Positions 50,936 to 61,828 of a stretch of 64,000 nucleotides of DNA are shown piece after piece. Numbering within the stretch: the first letter of the stretch is position 1; each line of letters begins with the position of its first letter. A program made the translations under genes and the position numbers. The notes beneath the pieces were generated by a model. The model did no database searches. It was not told the DNA's origin and saw only the letters and a program-made list of their open reading frames with translations. This DNA comes from Gammaproteobacteria bacterium (GTDB lineage: Bacteria > Pseudomonadota > Gammaproteobacteria > JAGOUU01): positions 343-64,342 of the forward strand of contig JAGOUU010000002.1 in the NCBI GenBank assembly GCA_018061105.1, in the 5' to 3' direction.

Positions 50936-52111
50936 TTATGTCTCCCCAAACTCTGCAATAACTTTTGGTAACGTATTTATTAAAATTTCAACTTCTTCTG
51001 GTTTTATATTCAAAGCCGGGGCCAACCTAATAGTATTAATAGCGGTTATGCTGAATAATAAATGATGTTTTAAACCAATATTTAATATTTCACGAGCAGG
51101 GCGATTTAATTCTATGCCGATCCATAATCCTTGGCCACGGACAGCTTTTACTTGAGGTAAGTTTTTTAAAGCTTGTTGTAAACCCTCTAGTAATTTTTTT
51201 CCAAGCTTGGCTGAGTTTTCACAAAGATGTTCTTTTTCTATAGTTTCAAGAACAGTAGTAGCTGCATGGCAACATAAAGGGTTGCCACCGAAAGTTGTAC
51301 CGTGATTACCAAACTGCAATAAATCTTTAGCTGGCCCTGCTGCTAAGCAAGCACCTATAGGAATACCACCACCTAGGCCTTTTGCTAAACTTATTACATC
51401 AGGTATGAAATCATAATGCTGAAAGCCAAACCACTTGCCAGTTCGACCAATACCGCTTTGGATTTCATCAAGCATAAATAGCCAATTATTTTGTGAGCAT
51501 ATTTTTCTTACTTGAGTAAAATAACCTTTTGAGGGCATATTAACCCCGCCTTCACCCTGAATAGGCTCTAATAAGATAGCTACGACGTTTTTGTTATGTT
51601 TAGCAATTTCTTCTATAGCGGGAATGTCATCAAAAGGTACTCGTAAAAAACCTTGGACTAGGGGTTCAAAGCCTGCCTGAACTTTTCGATTACCGCTAGC
51701 TGAAAGAGTAGCTAACGTTCGACCATGAAAGGCCTTGTCAGCTACAATAATCTGCGGGTTCTCAATATTATTATTATGACCAAACATGCGAGCTATTTTC
51801 AGTGCACATTCATTAGCTTCAGCACCACTATTGCAGAAAAATGCTTGATCCATATTAGCTAATTTACATAATTTCTCTGCTAGAATATATTGCTCAGGTA
51901 TAGTGACAACATTGGATAAATGTAGGACTTTTTCAGCTTGGCTCTTTATGGCATTGACTAAATTAGGGTGGGCATGTCCTAGGCTGGTAACTGCTATTCC
52001 ACCTAAGGCATCTAAATAGCGATTATTGTCTTTATCAATTAACCAAGAGCCTTCGCCCCTGATAAAAGCAATAGGCAGTGGGTTGTAGGTGGGCATTAAA
52101 TAAGAAGACAT
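50936..52111 (-). CDS. argD: acetylornithine/succinylornithine aminotransferase (class III PLP aminotransferase)
   Basis: DEIQSGIGRTGKWF and the PLP-lysine region, 391 aa. Confidence 0.75.
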   Translation of the reverse strand: MSSYLMPTYNPLPIAFIRGEGSWLIDKDNNRYLDALGGIAVTSLGHAHPNLVNAIKSQAEKVLHLSNVVTIPEQYILAEKLCKLANMDQAFFCNSGAEANECALKIARMFGHNNNIENPQIIVADKAFHGRTLATLSASGNRKVQAGFEPLVQGFLRVPFDDIPAIEEIAKHNKNVVAILLEPIQGEGGVNMPSKGYFTQVRKICSQNNWLFMLDEIQSGIGRTGKWFGFQHYDFIPDVISLAKGLGGGIPIGACLAAGPAKDLLQFGNHGTTFGGNPLCCHAATTVLETIEKEHLCENSAKLGKKLLEGLQQALKNLPQVKAVRGQGLWIGIELNRPAREILNIGLKHHLLFSITAINTIRLAPALNIKPEEVEILINTLPKVIAEFGET

Positions 52112-52320
52112 ATTTTAATCTCCAGAAATAATAATAGCTAACTAGTTGTTATTTAAGCAAGCATTCTAGTTAATTTGTTTGGGTAAAACACTTTTAGGTA
52201 CTATTCTTAATATATGTAATATAAATATTAATATATATTAAATTAGTTACAGATTAACATAAATTATCAGCTAGATAAAAAATATATATATAAAATAAAA
52301 TAAAATAAAAAATAATATAT

Positions 52321-53778
52321 ATGCTTATTCCAGTGATTCTAAGTGGTGGCGTTGGATCAAGATTATGGCCATTATCGCGCAAGGCTAAGCCTAAGCATTT
52401 TATGCCATTGATAGACGATTGTATCGGAGATGCCAGCAAAAGCTTGCTGCAGCAAACGGTTGTGCGTTGTAATAGAAATGCTAAATTAGAAAATAATCCT
52501 TTTACTCATAATCCTGTAATGGTCTGTGACAGTGAACATAGATTTTTAGTAGCTGATCAATGTCGAGAAGTTAATGTTACTCCTGAGGCTATTATATTAG
52601 AGCCAGAACGTAAAGATACTGCTGCTGCTATAGTATTAGCAGCTTTGTATATTAATAACAGTAATCCTGAGGCTAATGTTTTAGTTTTACCCTCAGATCA
52701 TTATATGTCTGATAATATTTATTTTATGCAAAGGATCTCTGAAGCATTAAAATTTTCCCAAGATCATATTATAACTTTTGGCATCATGCCAAAATACCCT
52801 GAAACTGCCTATGGTTATATAAACGCTGATTTATCTCATGATTTAGGAAATGGTTGTTTCAACGTTAAACGTTTTATTGAAAAGCCAAAGCTACATGTGG
52901 CTGAAAAATTATTAGAAGCGCAAGATTGCTTTTGGAACAGTGGCATGTTTCTGTTTAGGGTTGGAAAATTTTTAGATTTATGTCAAGAGTATCAACCAGA
53001 ATTATTAGAAAACTGTAAAAAGACTATTGAGACAGGATATCAAGATCATGAGTTTGTTGCTTTTGATGCAAAATATTTTAATAAAATAGAACCTATTTCT
53101 GTTGATTATGCTCTTATGCAAGACGCTCAAGACATGATAGTTGCTAGATACGATGGTGAGTGGTCTGATGTTGGTTGCTGGCATGGAGTTTGGCAAAAAT
53201 CTAATAAAGATACTAATAATAATGTTGTGATGGGCAATGTGATTTATAATAATAATGTTGATAATTGTTATTTGCGGTCAGATAACCGTCTCATTGTTGT
53301 TGCTGATGTAGAAAACCTCAGTGTTATAGAAACACCTGATGCAGTATTAGTTACAACATTAGATAACTCTCAAAATTTAAGAGACATTGTCGAAGAGTCT
53401 TTAGCCCAAAATAAAAAAGAATTTCTTGAGCATAGCCATGTCCACCGGCCATGGGGTGAATATATAGTCTTAAGTGATGGCGCCCAGTTTAAAGTAAAAA
53501 AACTTATTGTGCGACCGGGCGCTGCTTTATCATTACAAGAACATTGTCATCGTTCTGAGCACTGGGTCGTTGTCGAGGGTGTAGCTAATATAGTACGCAA
53601 TGAAGAAACATTAACTTTAAAAATTAATGAAAGTATTTCTGTCGAAAAAAATACAAAACACCGCATTACTAATCCAAGCTCAAGCGAAAATTTAGTTATT
53701 ATTGAGGTTCAAGTAGGTGATTATTTAGGTGAAGATGATATCATACGCTATCAAGATAATTACGGGCGCGTTAAATAA
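52321..53778 (+). CDS. manC: mannose-1-phosphate guanylyltransferase / mannose-6-phosphate isomerase
   Basis: GGVGSRLWPLSR nucleotidyltransferase motif, C-terminal cupin domain, 485 aa. Confidence 0.85.
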   Translation: MLIPVILSGGVGSRLWPLSRKAKPKHFMPLIDDCIGDASKSLLQQTVVRCNRNAKLENNPFTHNPVMVCDSEHRFLVADQCREVNVTPEAIILEPERKDTAAAIVLAALYINNSNPEANVLVLPSDHYMSDNIYFMQRISEALKFSQDHIITFGIMPKYPETAYGYINADLSHDLGNGCFNVKRFIEKPKLHVAEKLLEAQDCFWNSGMFLFRVGKFLDLCQEYQPELLENCKKTIETGYQDHEFVAFDAKYFNKIEPISVDYALMQDAQDMIVARYDGEWSDVGCWHGVWQKSNKDTNNNVVMGNVIYNNNVDNCYLRSDNRLIVVADVENLSVIETPDAVLVTTLDNSQNLRDIVEESLAQNKKEFLEHSHVHRPWGEYIVLSDGAQFKVKKLIVRPGAALSLQEHCHRSEHWVVVEGVANIVRNEETLTLKINESISVEKNTKHRITNPSSSENLVIIEVQVGDYLGEDDIIRYQDNYGRVK

Positions 53779-53793
53779 GCTAGTTATATTCAT

Positions 53794-55521
53794 ATGAAAA
53801 GCATCTTTAAACTTAATTTTGATCCTAAGACTGGAGAAAAGTTCTTAGAAACCAGGTTGACTGGGAAGAGCTTACTCAATAGCGGTGTTTTAAACAAAGG
53901 TACGGCGTTCACTCAAAAAGAACGAGAAGAGTTTAAAATTTTAGGCAAGCTACCTTCGCATGTTGAAACTTTAGAAGAGCAAGTTAAACGATCCTATGAT
54001 CAGTTACAACGTTATGCTAATAATCTGAATAAAAGTATTTATCTCAATAGCGTCTTAAATCAAAATGAAACTTTATTTTATAAACTATGTTCTCTACATA
54101 TAGAAGAATTATTACCAGTTATTTATACACCTATAGTGGGTACCGCAGTCCAGAAATATAGTAGTGAGTTTCGGGCCCCAAGAGGTCTATACATATCTTA
54201 TCCAGATCGCCATAGAATTCCTGAGCTATTAGCTAATCGTACTCATCCTGAGATTGATATTATTGTAGCTAGTGATGGTGAGCGGGTATTAGGCATAGGC
54301 GATCAAGGTGTCGGTGGTATGGATATTACTATTGCCAAACTCATGGTTTACACAATTTGTGGAGGTGTTTTTCCTGGGTATACTTTGCCTATTTTATTAG
54401 ACGTAGGTACTGATAACGAAAATTTATTAAACGACCCAATGTATTTAGGCTGGAGAAGCAAAAGAATCCGAGGGCAAGAATATGATGAATTTATTGATTC
54501 ATTTGTCACTGCAGTAAAGAAAAATATACCTAATGTTTTTCTACATTGGGAAGATTTTGGTCGGGATAATGCACGAAAAATATTAGATAATTACACTGAC
54601 AAGATTTGTAGTTTTAACGATGATATTCAGGGTACTGGTGCAGTTGCTTGTGCAACAGTATTAGCCGGCGTTAAGACTAATAAACAAAAAATTACTGAAC
54701 AAAAAATAGTCATTTTTGGTGCAGGCAGTGCTGGAGTAGGTATCGCTGATCAGCTTTATCGGGTTATGCTCAGTGAAGGTTTATCTAGCGAAGAAGCGTT
54801 AGCAAAATTTTGGCTTATTGATCGCAATGGATTACTGTTAGATACTAGCCCAGATTTAATTTTTTTCCAAAAACCTTACTGTCGTCACAGTTCAGAAGTG
54901 GCAAATTGGAAATGTCGAGAAAAACGTCATATAGGCTTGTTAGAAGTAATCGAAAATATTAAGCCAACAGTATTAATCGGTTGCTCTGCCGTCAGCGGTG
55001 CTTTTTCAGAAAAAGTTGTCACTACGATGCAAGATAATCTTCAAGCTGAGAATATTAGACCAATTATTTTGCCTTTATCGAATCCGCCTGAGAGGTGTGA
55101 GGCAAGCCCCAAAGACTTAGTAACCTGGACAGATGGCAAGGCTTTAATAGCAACCGGTAGTCCATTTCAGCCAATTATTTACAATAATAAAACTTATGAA
55201 ATTGCACAAAGCAATAATGCCTTAATTTTCCCCGGAATAGGGCTTGGAGTTTGTGCTATCAAAGCTACAAAAGTTACAGATAATATGATTTGGGCTGCGT
55301 GCGAAATACTGAGCGATCATGCGCCAATCTTAAATGACCAAACTGCGCCTTTATTACCGAGATTAAAAGATGCCCATTGGATTTCAGAGAAAATTGGAAT
55401 AGCAGTTGCCCAGCAGGCAGTCAAGGACAGAGTGGCTGAGCAGCTTTCAGATCAAGAGATCGTGGCAAGCATAAAACGTAAGATTTGGACACCTGAGTAT
55501 CTGCCAATAAAGCTAGTATAG
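53794..55521 (+). CDS. maeA: NAD-dependent malic enzyme
   Basis: FNDDIQGTGAV and GAGSAGVGIA dinucleotide motif, 575 aa. Confidence 0.85.
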   Translation: MKSIFKLNFDPKTGEKFLETRLTGKSLLNSGVLNKGTAFTQKEREEFKILGKLPSHVETLEEQVKRSYDQLQRYANNLNKSIYLNSVLNQNETLFYKLCSLHIEELLPVIYTPIVGTAVQKYSSEFRAPRGLYISYPDRHRIPELLANRTHPEIDIIVASDGERVLGIGDQGVGGMDITIAKLMVYTICGGVFPGYTLPILLDVGTDNENLLNDPMYLGWRSKRIRGQEYDEFIDSFVTAVKKNIPNVFLHWEDFGRDNARKILDNYTDKICSFNDDIQGTGAVACATVLAGVKTNKQKITEQKIVIFGAGSAGVGIADQLYRVMLSEGLSSEEALAKFWLIDRNGLLLDTSPDLIFFQKPYCRHSSEVANWKCREKRHIGLLEVIENIKPTVLIGCSAVSGAFSEKVVTTMQDNLQAENIRPIILPLSNPPERCEASPKDLVTWTDGKALIATGSPFQPIIYNNKTYEIAQSNNALIFPGIGLGVCAIKATKVTDNMIWAACEILSDHAPILNDQTAPLLPRLKDAHWISEKIGIAVAQQAVKDRVAEQLSDQEIVASIKRKIWTPEYLPIKLV

Positions 55522-55647
55522 TTATATTATATTTATATTATATTTAGTGTAGTTACTAGAATAAATTCTGAAATCTAGGTATATTAATATAATAAATATT
55601 ATTGTATAACCAATTATAACTCATTAAAATTAGACCAAATAATAGTC

Positions 55648-56574
55648 ATGCTGCTAAATAAATTTAATTTAAAATTGTTGACCTTACTGGCTATTATACA
55701 TATAGCTGCAATTTTTTTAGTGCCTTTAGTATTATTTTTTACTCAATCAGCTTGGGCAGTTATTATATTCTTACCTAGTTTATTATTAACTCATACTACG
55801 TGGGCGTTAATCCATGAGGGGATTCATAATAATTTCTCTAGTAACTCTCAGAAAAATTTATTTTACAGCCGTATGTTAGCTATGGTTTTTCATTTGAATT
55901 TTGAAACTTTAAAATTTGGCCATTTGCAGCATCATAGATATAACCGACAAGATTGTGATCTAACAGACGGCTATGATTCTCTTATAAAAAATAAATTTAT
56001 AATATTTTATAAAAATTTATTTTATTATTTACATATTTCTATCGGACTATATATATTCGAATTACTAGGTCCGTTAGTATTATTGTTACCACAAAAACTT
56101 GTCTTACTTATTTTAGATAAAATTTTGGGTGCAGATCATCCTTATATAAAAAACGGTAAAATTTTATTGTTAAAGCCTAAACGGCTTAAAAATATTAAAA
56201 TAGATAATATTATTAATATCAGTTTGTTAATAATAATTACTGCGTTGTATAGCTATAGTAATTTTCTATGGTTATATTTAGTTTTTTTACTAATTCGTGG
56301 TTTATTGATTTCTAGCACAGATAATTTGCCGCATTATGGTGCTTGTTTAGATAATATAAAAGGTGCTTATAATCTTAAAGCGCCCTTATGGTGGCAAAAG
56401 ATGATTTTAAATTTTAATTATCATCGCATTCACCATAAGTACCCTAATTTACCATGGCATCTGTTGCCGATAAAATATAATGAAGATCAAGATTACTTTG
56501 ATCACCATTATTTTAGAATATATTTACAGCAATGGTGGGGTATAATTAGTAAAGATCAACTGAATAAAAATTAA
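55648..56574 (+). CDS. membrane fatty-acid desaturase family protein
   Basis: Three histidine boxes (HEGIHNN, HLQHHRY, HRIHHKYP) and multiple TM segments. Confidence 0.75.
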   Translation: MLLNKFNLKLLTLLAIIHIAAIFLVPLVLFFTQSAWAVIIFLPSLLLTHTTWALIHEGIHNNFSSNSQKNLFYSRMLAMVFHLNFETLKFGHLQHHRYNRQDCDLTDGYDSLIKNKFIIFYKNLFYYLHISIGLYIFELLGPLVLLLPQKLVLLILDKILGADHPYIKNGKILLLKPKRLKNIKIDNIINISLLIIITALYSYSNFLWLYLVFLLIRGLLISSTDNLPHYGACLDNIKGAYNLKAPLWWQKMILNFNYHRIHHKYPNLPWHLLPIKYNEDQDYFDHHYFRIYLQQWWGIISKDQLNKN

Positions 56575-56597
56575 GTAAATTAATCAGGAGTAGTCGT

Positions 56598-56939
56598 ATG
56601 ATTAAGAAAAAATTATTAGGTTTTTTTGTATTAAATTTGTTTGCTTTTGGGCATATTTGTTATGCAGAATTTAATCCGTATCACAATAAAAATAATATCG
56701 AAGTAGCCCAAGGTAAAATTACCAAGATTATCGTAAGCAATGAGAACAATTATGAACCTGGATTTAGTCTCTGTGTAGAAGACGTTAAAAATGGTGAAGT
56801 CTGTATGTGGCGCCGGTCAAATTCTTTTAATTATCAACAATTATTAGATTTGGCTAATACAGCAGCTATTGCTAATAAACAAGTAATAATTAAATCCAAT
56901 ATGGTTGGCGCACTCGATACTATTATATTATTGTATTAA
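56598..56939 (+). CDS. small secreted hypothetical protein
   Basis: Signal peptide, two Cys, 113 aa. Shine-Dalgarno aggag. Confidence 0.45.
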   Translation: MIKKKLLGFFVLNLFAFGHICYAEFNPYHNKNNIEVAQGKITKIIVSNENNYEPGFSLCVEDVKNGEVCMWRRSNSFNYQQLLDLANTAAIANKQVIIKSNMVGALDTIILLY

Positions 56940-56945
56940 TATTAA

Positions 56946-56981
56946 TATTAGTATTAGTATTAGTATTAGTATTAGTATTAG
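56946..56981. repeat. 6-bp tandem repeat (tattag) x6
   Basis: Six perfect copies in the intergenic region upstream of the MFS gene. Confidence 0.9.
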
Positions 56982-57032
56982 GGCTGCTCTCGCCAAGCTC
57001 TAATCCCTAGGTTTAGAAAATGCAAAGCAAGG

Positions 57033-58289
57033 ATGCTCATGACAGAAAATCAGTTTCAGACTAGATATATTTTAATTTTAGTCATGCTAGCCTCAACTTT
57101 AGGGCAAGTGGCCACGGATATTTATCTTTCTTCATTGCCTGATTTGACCCTAATTTTTAATACCAGTAGTGAATTATTAAAGTTAACTATTACGGTTGTC
57201 TATTTTGGTTATGCTTTGATGCAATTTATTACTGGCCCATTGTCCGATCTCTATGGCCGAAAATTCTTTATGTTATTAGGACTCGGTATATTTATTCTAG
57301 GAGCTATATTAGCCCAAAACAGTCAGACTATTGAAAGTTTAATTCTTGCTAGATTAATACAAGGGATGGGTATAGGCAGCTTTGGAGTAGCTAATCGAGC
57401 TATTTTATTTGATACCTTTACGGGCAATCAGTATATAAGGGCTATTGCCATAGTCGGCATAGCAATGACGGTTTCGTCTTTGGTAGCACCTATGCTTGGG
57501 GCAACTATTCATCAGTCTTTTGGTTGGCGTGCTAATTTTAGTTTAAGTTTGTTATATGCTGGTTTATTATTTTTTGCCGTATTAGTTTTTTTACCGGAGA
57601 CTATAAATTTTAAAATTTCAAAAAACTTGGAATCTAAAAATATATTGAGTTTTATATTATCTAATTACCAAGTAATTATTATCTCTAAACAATACTGGAA
57701 ATATGGATTAATTAATATGCTCGGGTTTTCAGTATTTATATTTTATTTAAGTTCAGCGCCGTTTATTTTTCAAGAAGAGCTTAATTATAATAATATTCAA
57801 TATGCAAGGGCTATTTGTTGGTTAGCTGTAGGCTATATAGCAGGCAGTGCTATTGGGGGACGTGTAGTAAAATCTTATGGTCCTAAAGTTACTATATCTA
57901 TAGGTAATTACTGCCAGTTACTAGCTGGATTAATAATGTTTATATTTTATATAAATAATACTACCTCTATTGTGACTATATTAGGTCCTATGGTATTTTT
58001 TGTATTTGGTAATGGTTTTATTACTCCTAGTGCTACTTCTTTGCTGATTAATAATTTTCCTAATCGCGCAGCTAGCGCAGCTGCAGCCATGGGTACATTG
58101 ATGACAATGGGGACAGCAGTATTGAATGCTATTTTATTCCATTTTGGTAGTCACACTCTAATATTTATAGTTATTATAATTAGCAGCAGTGCTTTGGCTG
58201 TTAGAATTATTTTTTATGGTGATCCTAACCCAACAGATGGCGTATACATTGAAGGAACTGGTAATACAGGTGGCACAAGCTCCATTTGA
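57033..58289 (+). CDS. MFS transporter (DHA1 / Bcr-CflA-like)
   Basis: 12-TM profile, LSDLYGRK-type loop motif, 418 aa. Confidence 0.7.
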   Translation: MLMTENQFQTRYILILVMLASTLGQVATDIYLSSLPDLTLIFNTSSELLKLTITVVYFGYALMQFITGPLSDLYGRKFFMLLGLGIFILGAILAQNSQTIESLILARLIQGMGIGSFGVANRAILFDTFTGNQYIRAIAIVGIAMTVSSLVAPMLGATIHQSFGWRANFSLSLLYAGLLFFAVLVFLPETINFKISKNLESKNILSFILSNYQVIIISKQYWKYGLINMLGFSVFIFYLSSAPFIFQEELNYNNIQYARAICWLAVGYIAGSAIGGRVVKSYGPKVTISIGNYCQLLAGLIMFIFYINNTTSIVTILGPMVFFVFGNGFITPSATSLLINNFPNRAASAAAAMGTLMTMGTAVLNAILFHFGSHTLIFIVIIISSSALAVRIIFYGDPNPTDGVYIEGTGNTGGTSSI

Positions 58290-60277
58290 GGGAACCAATA
58301 AGAAGATCGAGATGGAGATTGAGGTGGAAGTGGAGGAGGAGGTGGTGGTGGTAAACTTGGTGTGCTTTCCCGCCAAGATGCAAAATCTCCAGCTGCGCGA
58401 GTCTTAGATCTAAACAGATTAAAAAAACCAGTGATACGAGATCTCCAACTGTTATTTTCAGGCCCTGCTGGCTCTCCTATGTGTATAGTGCCAGATGGAG
58501 GAATTAATTCCCGTGCAACAGGAATTCGGGTTGCAGGATCGTATTGTATTAAAACAGCTGGAGGAGTAGTACCAGGAGCAGGTGGATAAAACTCATAGGC
58601 AGGAGAAGCCTGTGTAGGAGGTATATAACGTGCTCCTAATCTAGCTGCTATTTCTGCTTTGTGTCTTTCTTCGATTTCTTGCTCATGAATTCTAATAAGC
58701 TTTTTCTCTTGAGGTATATAATAAAATATAACTCGAAATAAAGCCATGACGCAAACTATTTGATAAAGTATATTATAAATCCAATAAGTTAAAATAGTAA
58801 AAAGATCGCTTTGTAACTCTGGGTGTTTATGTAGTTTTATATAATTTAAAGCTAACAGTAATACCGTTTTCATTGCAAGTGAAATTCCTGTTACAGCCCA
58901 GTATTGCCAATAAGTGAGAGATAAGAGAAATACTGGGAGTCGTAAAATATCAGCAGCAACTTGAAACAAATAATACAACTGCCATAATTTAAGGCCAAGG
59001 CATTCCCCTAGAGAACAAGGCCAGTTAGTGATTAGATCGTAAAGAATTCTACCAGAATTGTATATTCTAGCCATTTCCCAAGAGTTTTTACGTTGAATTA
59101 TATAAGATGGTAAAGTTTGTGGAACTATGGTTTCTACTGGGTAATGCGTTGCAAAAATTGCTCGCATGCCCATTTGTCTAACTTTTCTGCCGTACTCAAA
59201 GTCCTCGCCACTAAAAACCCCATTATGGTTTTGGGAAGCGTTTATAAATCTATCTGTGCGCCAAAGTGAGCAAGCTCCATGAGGAGCTGCTGGACCAAGG
59301 CCTAGTCTGTCTAAAGCATTTTGAGTAACATCAGATGCTATATATTCTAATCCTTGCGCTTTACCAATTTGAGTGCATTTCTTATCAGGATTGGGTCCGA
59401 TTGCTAAAACTGGACAATTAACATAGGCAATTTTATGATCTGATTCATCAATTTCTTCCTGACTACTTCTTCTTAAAGCATGAGGATAGAATGGTGGTGT
59501 AATATCTAAAATATTTTGACATGGGAATACATCTTTATCGGCAATTATTAACCTAGTAAAATTTAATTTTTGTGCTTCCAAGGCGCCTTTATAAAGTGCA
59601 AAATTTTTATTTCCTACGCCATCAAAGCTATAAAAAAAATACCGAATTCTTGATGATGAAATTTGAGCTATGATTTCTTGAGTAAAATCTATTCGCTCGC
59701 CTTTAGCATTATAAGGATCTCTCGCCGGGCCGTTATTGCAGATAAAAATACACTCAGGGGTTGCTATTGTTAACCAAGTCTGAACAGCTCTTATAAAACA
59801 AGTTGTTTCTAATACATCACATAGTTCTAATAATTGCTCAAGAGTTAAGCTTCTAAGAGCTCTGTTGTCTTCTAAACTGTCAATATTATGGAGATCTTTA
59901 AATATTTTAACAGGCTTTTTAGCAGGAGCTGATCGATAGCAGGCTAGTAAGATTGCAACATCTGATCTAAGATGAGATCTAACAGGTGCAGCCGGTTTAG
60001 GGTATCTGGCGCCGATGAGAACAATAGAAAACATTACAGGCTCTAAACCCAGTAATACAGCCGTAATGGGTATAATATTTGCAGTAACGATAGGTCGTAT
60101 ATATTTTACTAAACCAACAGTAGCCTCGGTCGCAATTAGGCCACCAATTATAGTGCCTTCAATACTTAAAATAATAACTTTTTTTGCTGTTACAGGCACA
60201 AAGATTTCTTTGGGTGATAAAATATTTATAATTAAATCACGCCATTCTTTAAGAGCAATAACTGTAGTACTAGGCAT
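58214..60277 (-). CDS. family 2 glycosyltransferase, processive polysaccharide-synthase-like, with proline-rich C-terminal tail
   Basis: N-terminal TMs. GT-A domain with DKD (DxD), GED and a Q-RKNS-W (QxxRW-like) region. C-terminal TM bundle. Tail ...PPAPG...LPPPPPPPLPPQSP... Confidence 0.6.
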   Translation of the reverse strand: MPSTTVIALKEWRDLIINILSPKEIFVPVTAKKVIILSIEGTIIGGLIATEATVGLVKYIRPIVTANIIPITAVLLGLEPVMFSIVLIGARYPKPAAPVRSHLRSDVAILLACYRSAPAKKPVKIFKDLHNIDSLEDNRALRSLTLEQLLELCDVLETTCFIRAVQTWLTIATPECIFICNNGPARDPYNAKGERIDFTQEIIAQISSSRIRYFFYSFDGVGNKNFALYKGALEAQKLNFTRLIIADKDVFPCQNILDITPPFYPHALRRSSQEEIDESDHKIAYVNCPVLAIGPNPDKKCTQIGKAQGLEYIASDVTQNALDRLGLGPAAPHGACSLWRTDRFINASQNHNGVFSGEDFEYGRKVRQMGMRAIFATHYPVETIVPQTLPSYIIQRKNSWEMARIYNSGRILYDLITNWPCSLGECLGLKLWQLYYLFQVAADILRLPVFLLSLTYWQYWAVTGISLAMKTVLLLALNYIKLHKHPELQSDLFTILTYWIYNILYQIVCVMALFRVIFYYIPQEKKLIRIHEQEIEERHKAEIAARLGARYIPPTQASPAYEFYPPAPGTTPPAVLIQYDPATRIPVARELIPPSGTIHIGEPAGPENNSWRSRITGFFNLFRSKTRAAGDFASWRESTPSLPPPPPPPLPPQSPSRSSYWFPQMELVPPVLPVPSMYTPSVGLGSP

Positions 60278-60397
60278 ATTAATGTTTATTATATTAATAA
60301 AGTAAACACTAATACTATGGAATCAATTAGTTGTCAACGCAAATTTATTTAATATGATTAATATTTAATAAATTAATAAATAAATTTATATATAAAT

Positions 60398-61654
60398 TTA
60401 TAAAGTAGAAACTTTTACTAACGTAATAGTATTTTTCTTAATTTGCATAACTTCTATTTTATAGTTATGAATATACAAGCCTACAGGATTTTCTGGAATG
60501 TGTTCTAAATACTCAATAATCAAACCGCTTAAGGTGCGTGGGCCATCCTCTGGTAAATGCCAATGCAGTTCTCTGTTTATATCACGTATACTTGTTGAGC
60601 CATTAATTAACACACTGCCATCTTTTTGCATAACGATTTCTTGTTCAGAAGCTGTCAATTGATCAAATTCACCAACGACTTCTTCAAGAATATCTTGTAG
60701 GCTTATAAAACCAATGATATCACCGTATTCGTCGACAACTAAACCGGATTTACGATGGTTATTTTGAAAATTTAACAATTGAGCAGCTAAAGTAGTTGAC
60801 TCTGGAATAAAATAACATTCTTCAAGCTTGCTAATTAAATGATCTTTGGTTAATTTTTGATTTATTACTAATTTAAAAATGTCTTTAATTTGAATAACGC
60901 CCTGGATATGATCTATTTCGTTTTTGTAAAATAATATTTCACTATCTGAAGAAGATAAAACTTGTTTTTGAATTGTTGCCCACTCTTCTTCTAGATCTAT
61001 GGCGATGATTTCGTTTCTAGGGATCATAGCATCTTCGACAGTTGTATAGTTTAAATCTAATAGACGAATCAGCATATTAGTGTTAGTAGCAGGAAATTTT
61101 TCGCTGCTTTCATGGACTATGGTACGCAGCTCTTCATGGGACAGGGGTTCATGATGTTTATGATGAGTAGGAACATGAATCCCGAAAGCTTTTAGCATCG
61201 AATTACCTATAAATGTTATGAACCATACAATAGGATACAAAGTAAATAACATTATTTTAATGGGCAGTGATGCCGGAAAGGCGAATGCTTGCGGGTACAA
61301 TGCTGCAAAAGTTTTAGGTGTTGATTCTGAAAAAATAAGCAAGACTAATGATGATACCATTGTTAACGCTATGCTCTCTAAAAGTCCTAATTCACCAAAA
61401 TTATTAATTGCCCATTGGGTGAAAATTGATGAAAATAATAAATTAGCAAAGGTGTTACCAATTAATAGAACACCAATGAGTTTATCAGGGGTAGATAATA
61501 GGGTATAGACTCGTTTAGCTGTTTTATTACCTTTTTTTACTAGATGTTTTAAACGATAGCGATTTAATGCAATCATGCTAGTCTCAGCCCCTGAAAAGAA
61601 AGCTGAGACCATGGTTAAGATAGCTAAAATTATTAAAGCGGTAGTATTATTCAC
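60398..61654 (-). CDS. CNNM/CorC-HlyC family membrane protein (DUF21 + CBS pair + CorC_HlyC)
   Basis: N-terminal 4-TM DUF21, CBS pair, C-terminal transporter-associated domain, 418 aa. Confidence 0.75.
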   Translation of the reverse strand: MNNTTALIILAILTMVSAFFSGAETSMIALNRYRLKHLVKKGNKTAKRVYTLLSTPDKLIGVLLIGNTFANLLFSSIFTQWAINNFGELGLLESIALTMVSSLVLLIFSESTPKTFAALYPQAFAFPASLPIKIMLFTLYPIVWFITFIGNSMLKAFGIHVPTHHKHHEPLSHEELRTIVHESSEKFPATNTNMLIRLLDLNYTTVEDAMIPRNEIIAIDLEEEWATIQKQVLSSSDSEILFYKNEIDHIQGVIQIKDIFKLVINQKLTKDHLISKLEECYFIPESTTLAAQLLNFQNNHRKSGLVVDEYGDIIGFISLQDILEEVVGEFDQLTASEQEIVMQKDGSVLINGSTSIRDINRELHWHLPEDGPRTLSGLIIEYLEHIPENPVGLYIHNYKIEVMQIKKNTITLVKVSTL

Positions 61655-61828
61655 GTATAGATAGTTCTTTTTGGCTTCTAATTATTAATTTAAATATTAC
61701 GTAAAATTAGGATGTTACACAAGCTTAACAAAGCATAACAGCTTTATTTTTGCTCGTTTTGAAATTTGCTATAAAATTTATTGTAAATTAGGTATAATTG
61801 TTGATTAATTTTTATTGGGTTTATTTAT

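Noticed and set aside
56598-56939. Small secreted two-Cys protein as AB5-toxin B-subunit-like
   Set aside because: Only size, signal peptide and two Cys are shared. No A-subunit gene nearby and no sequence motif match recallable.
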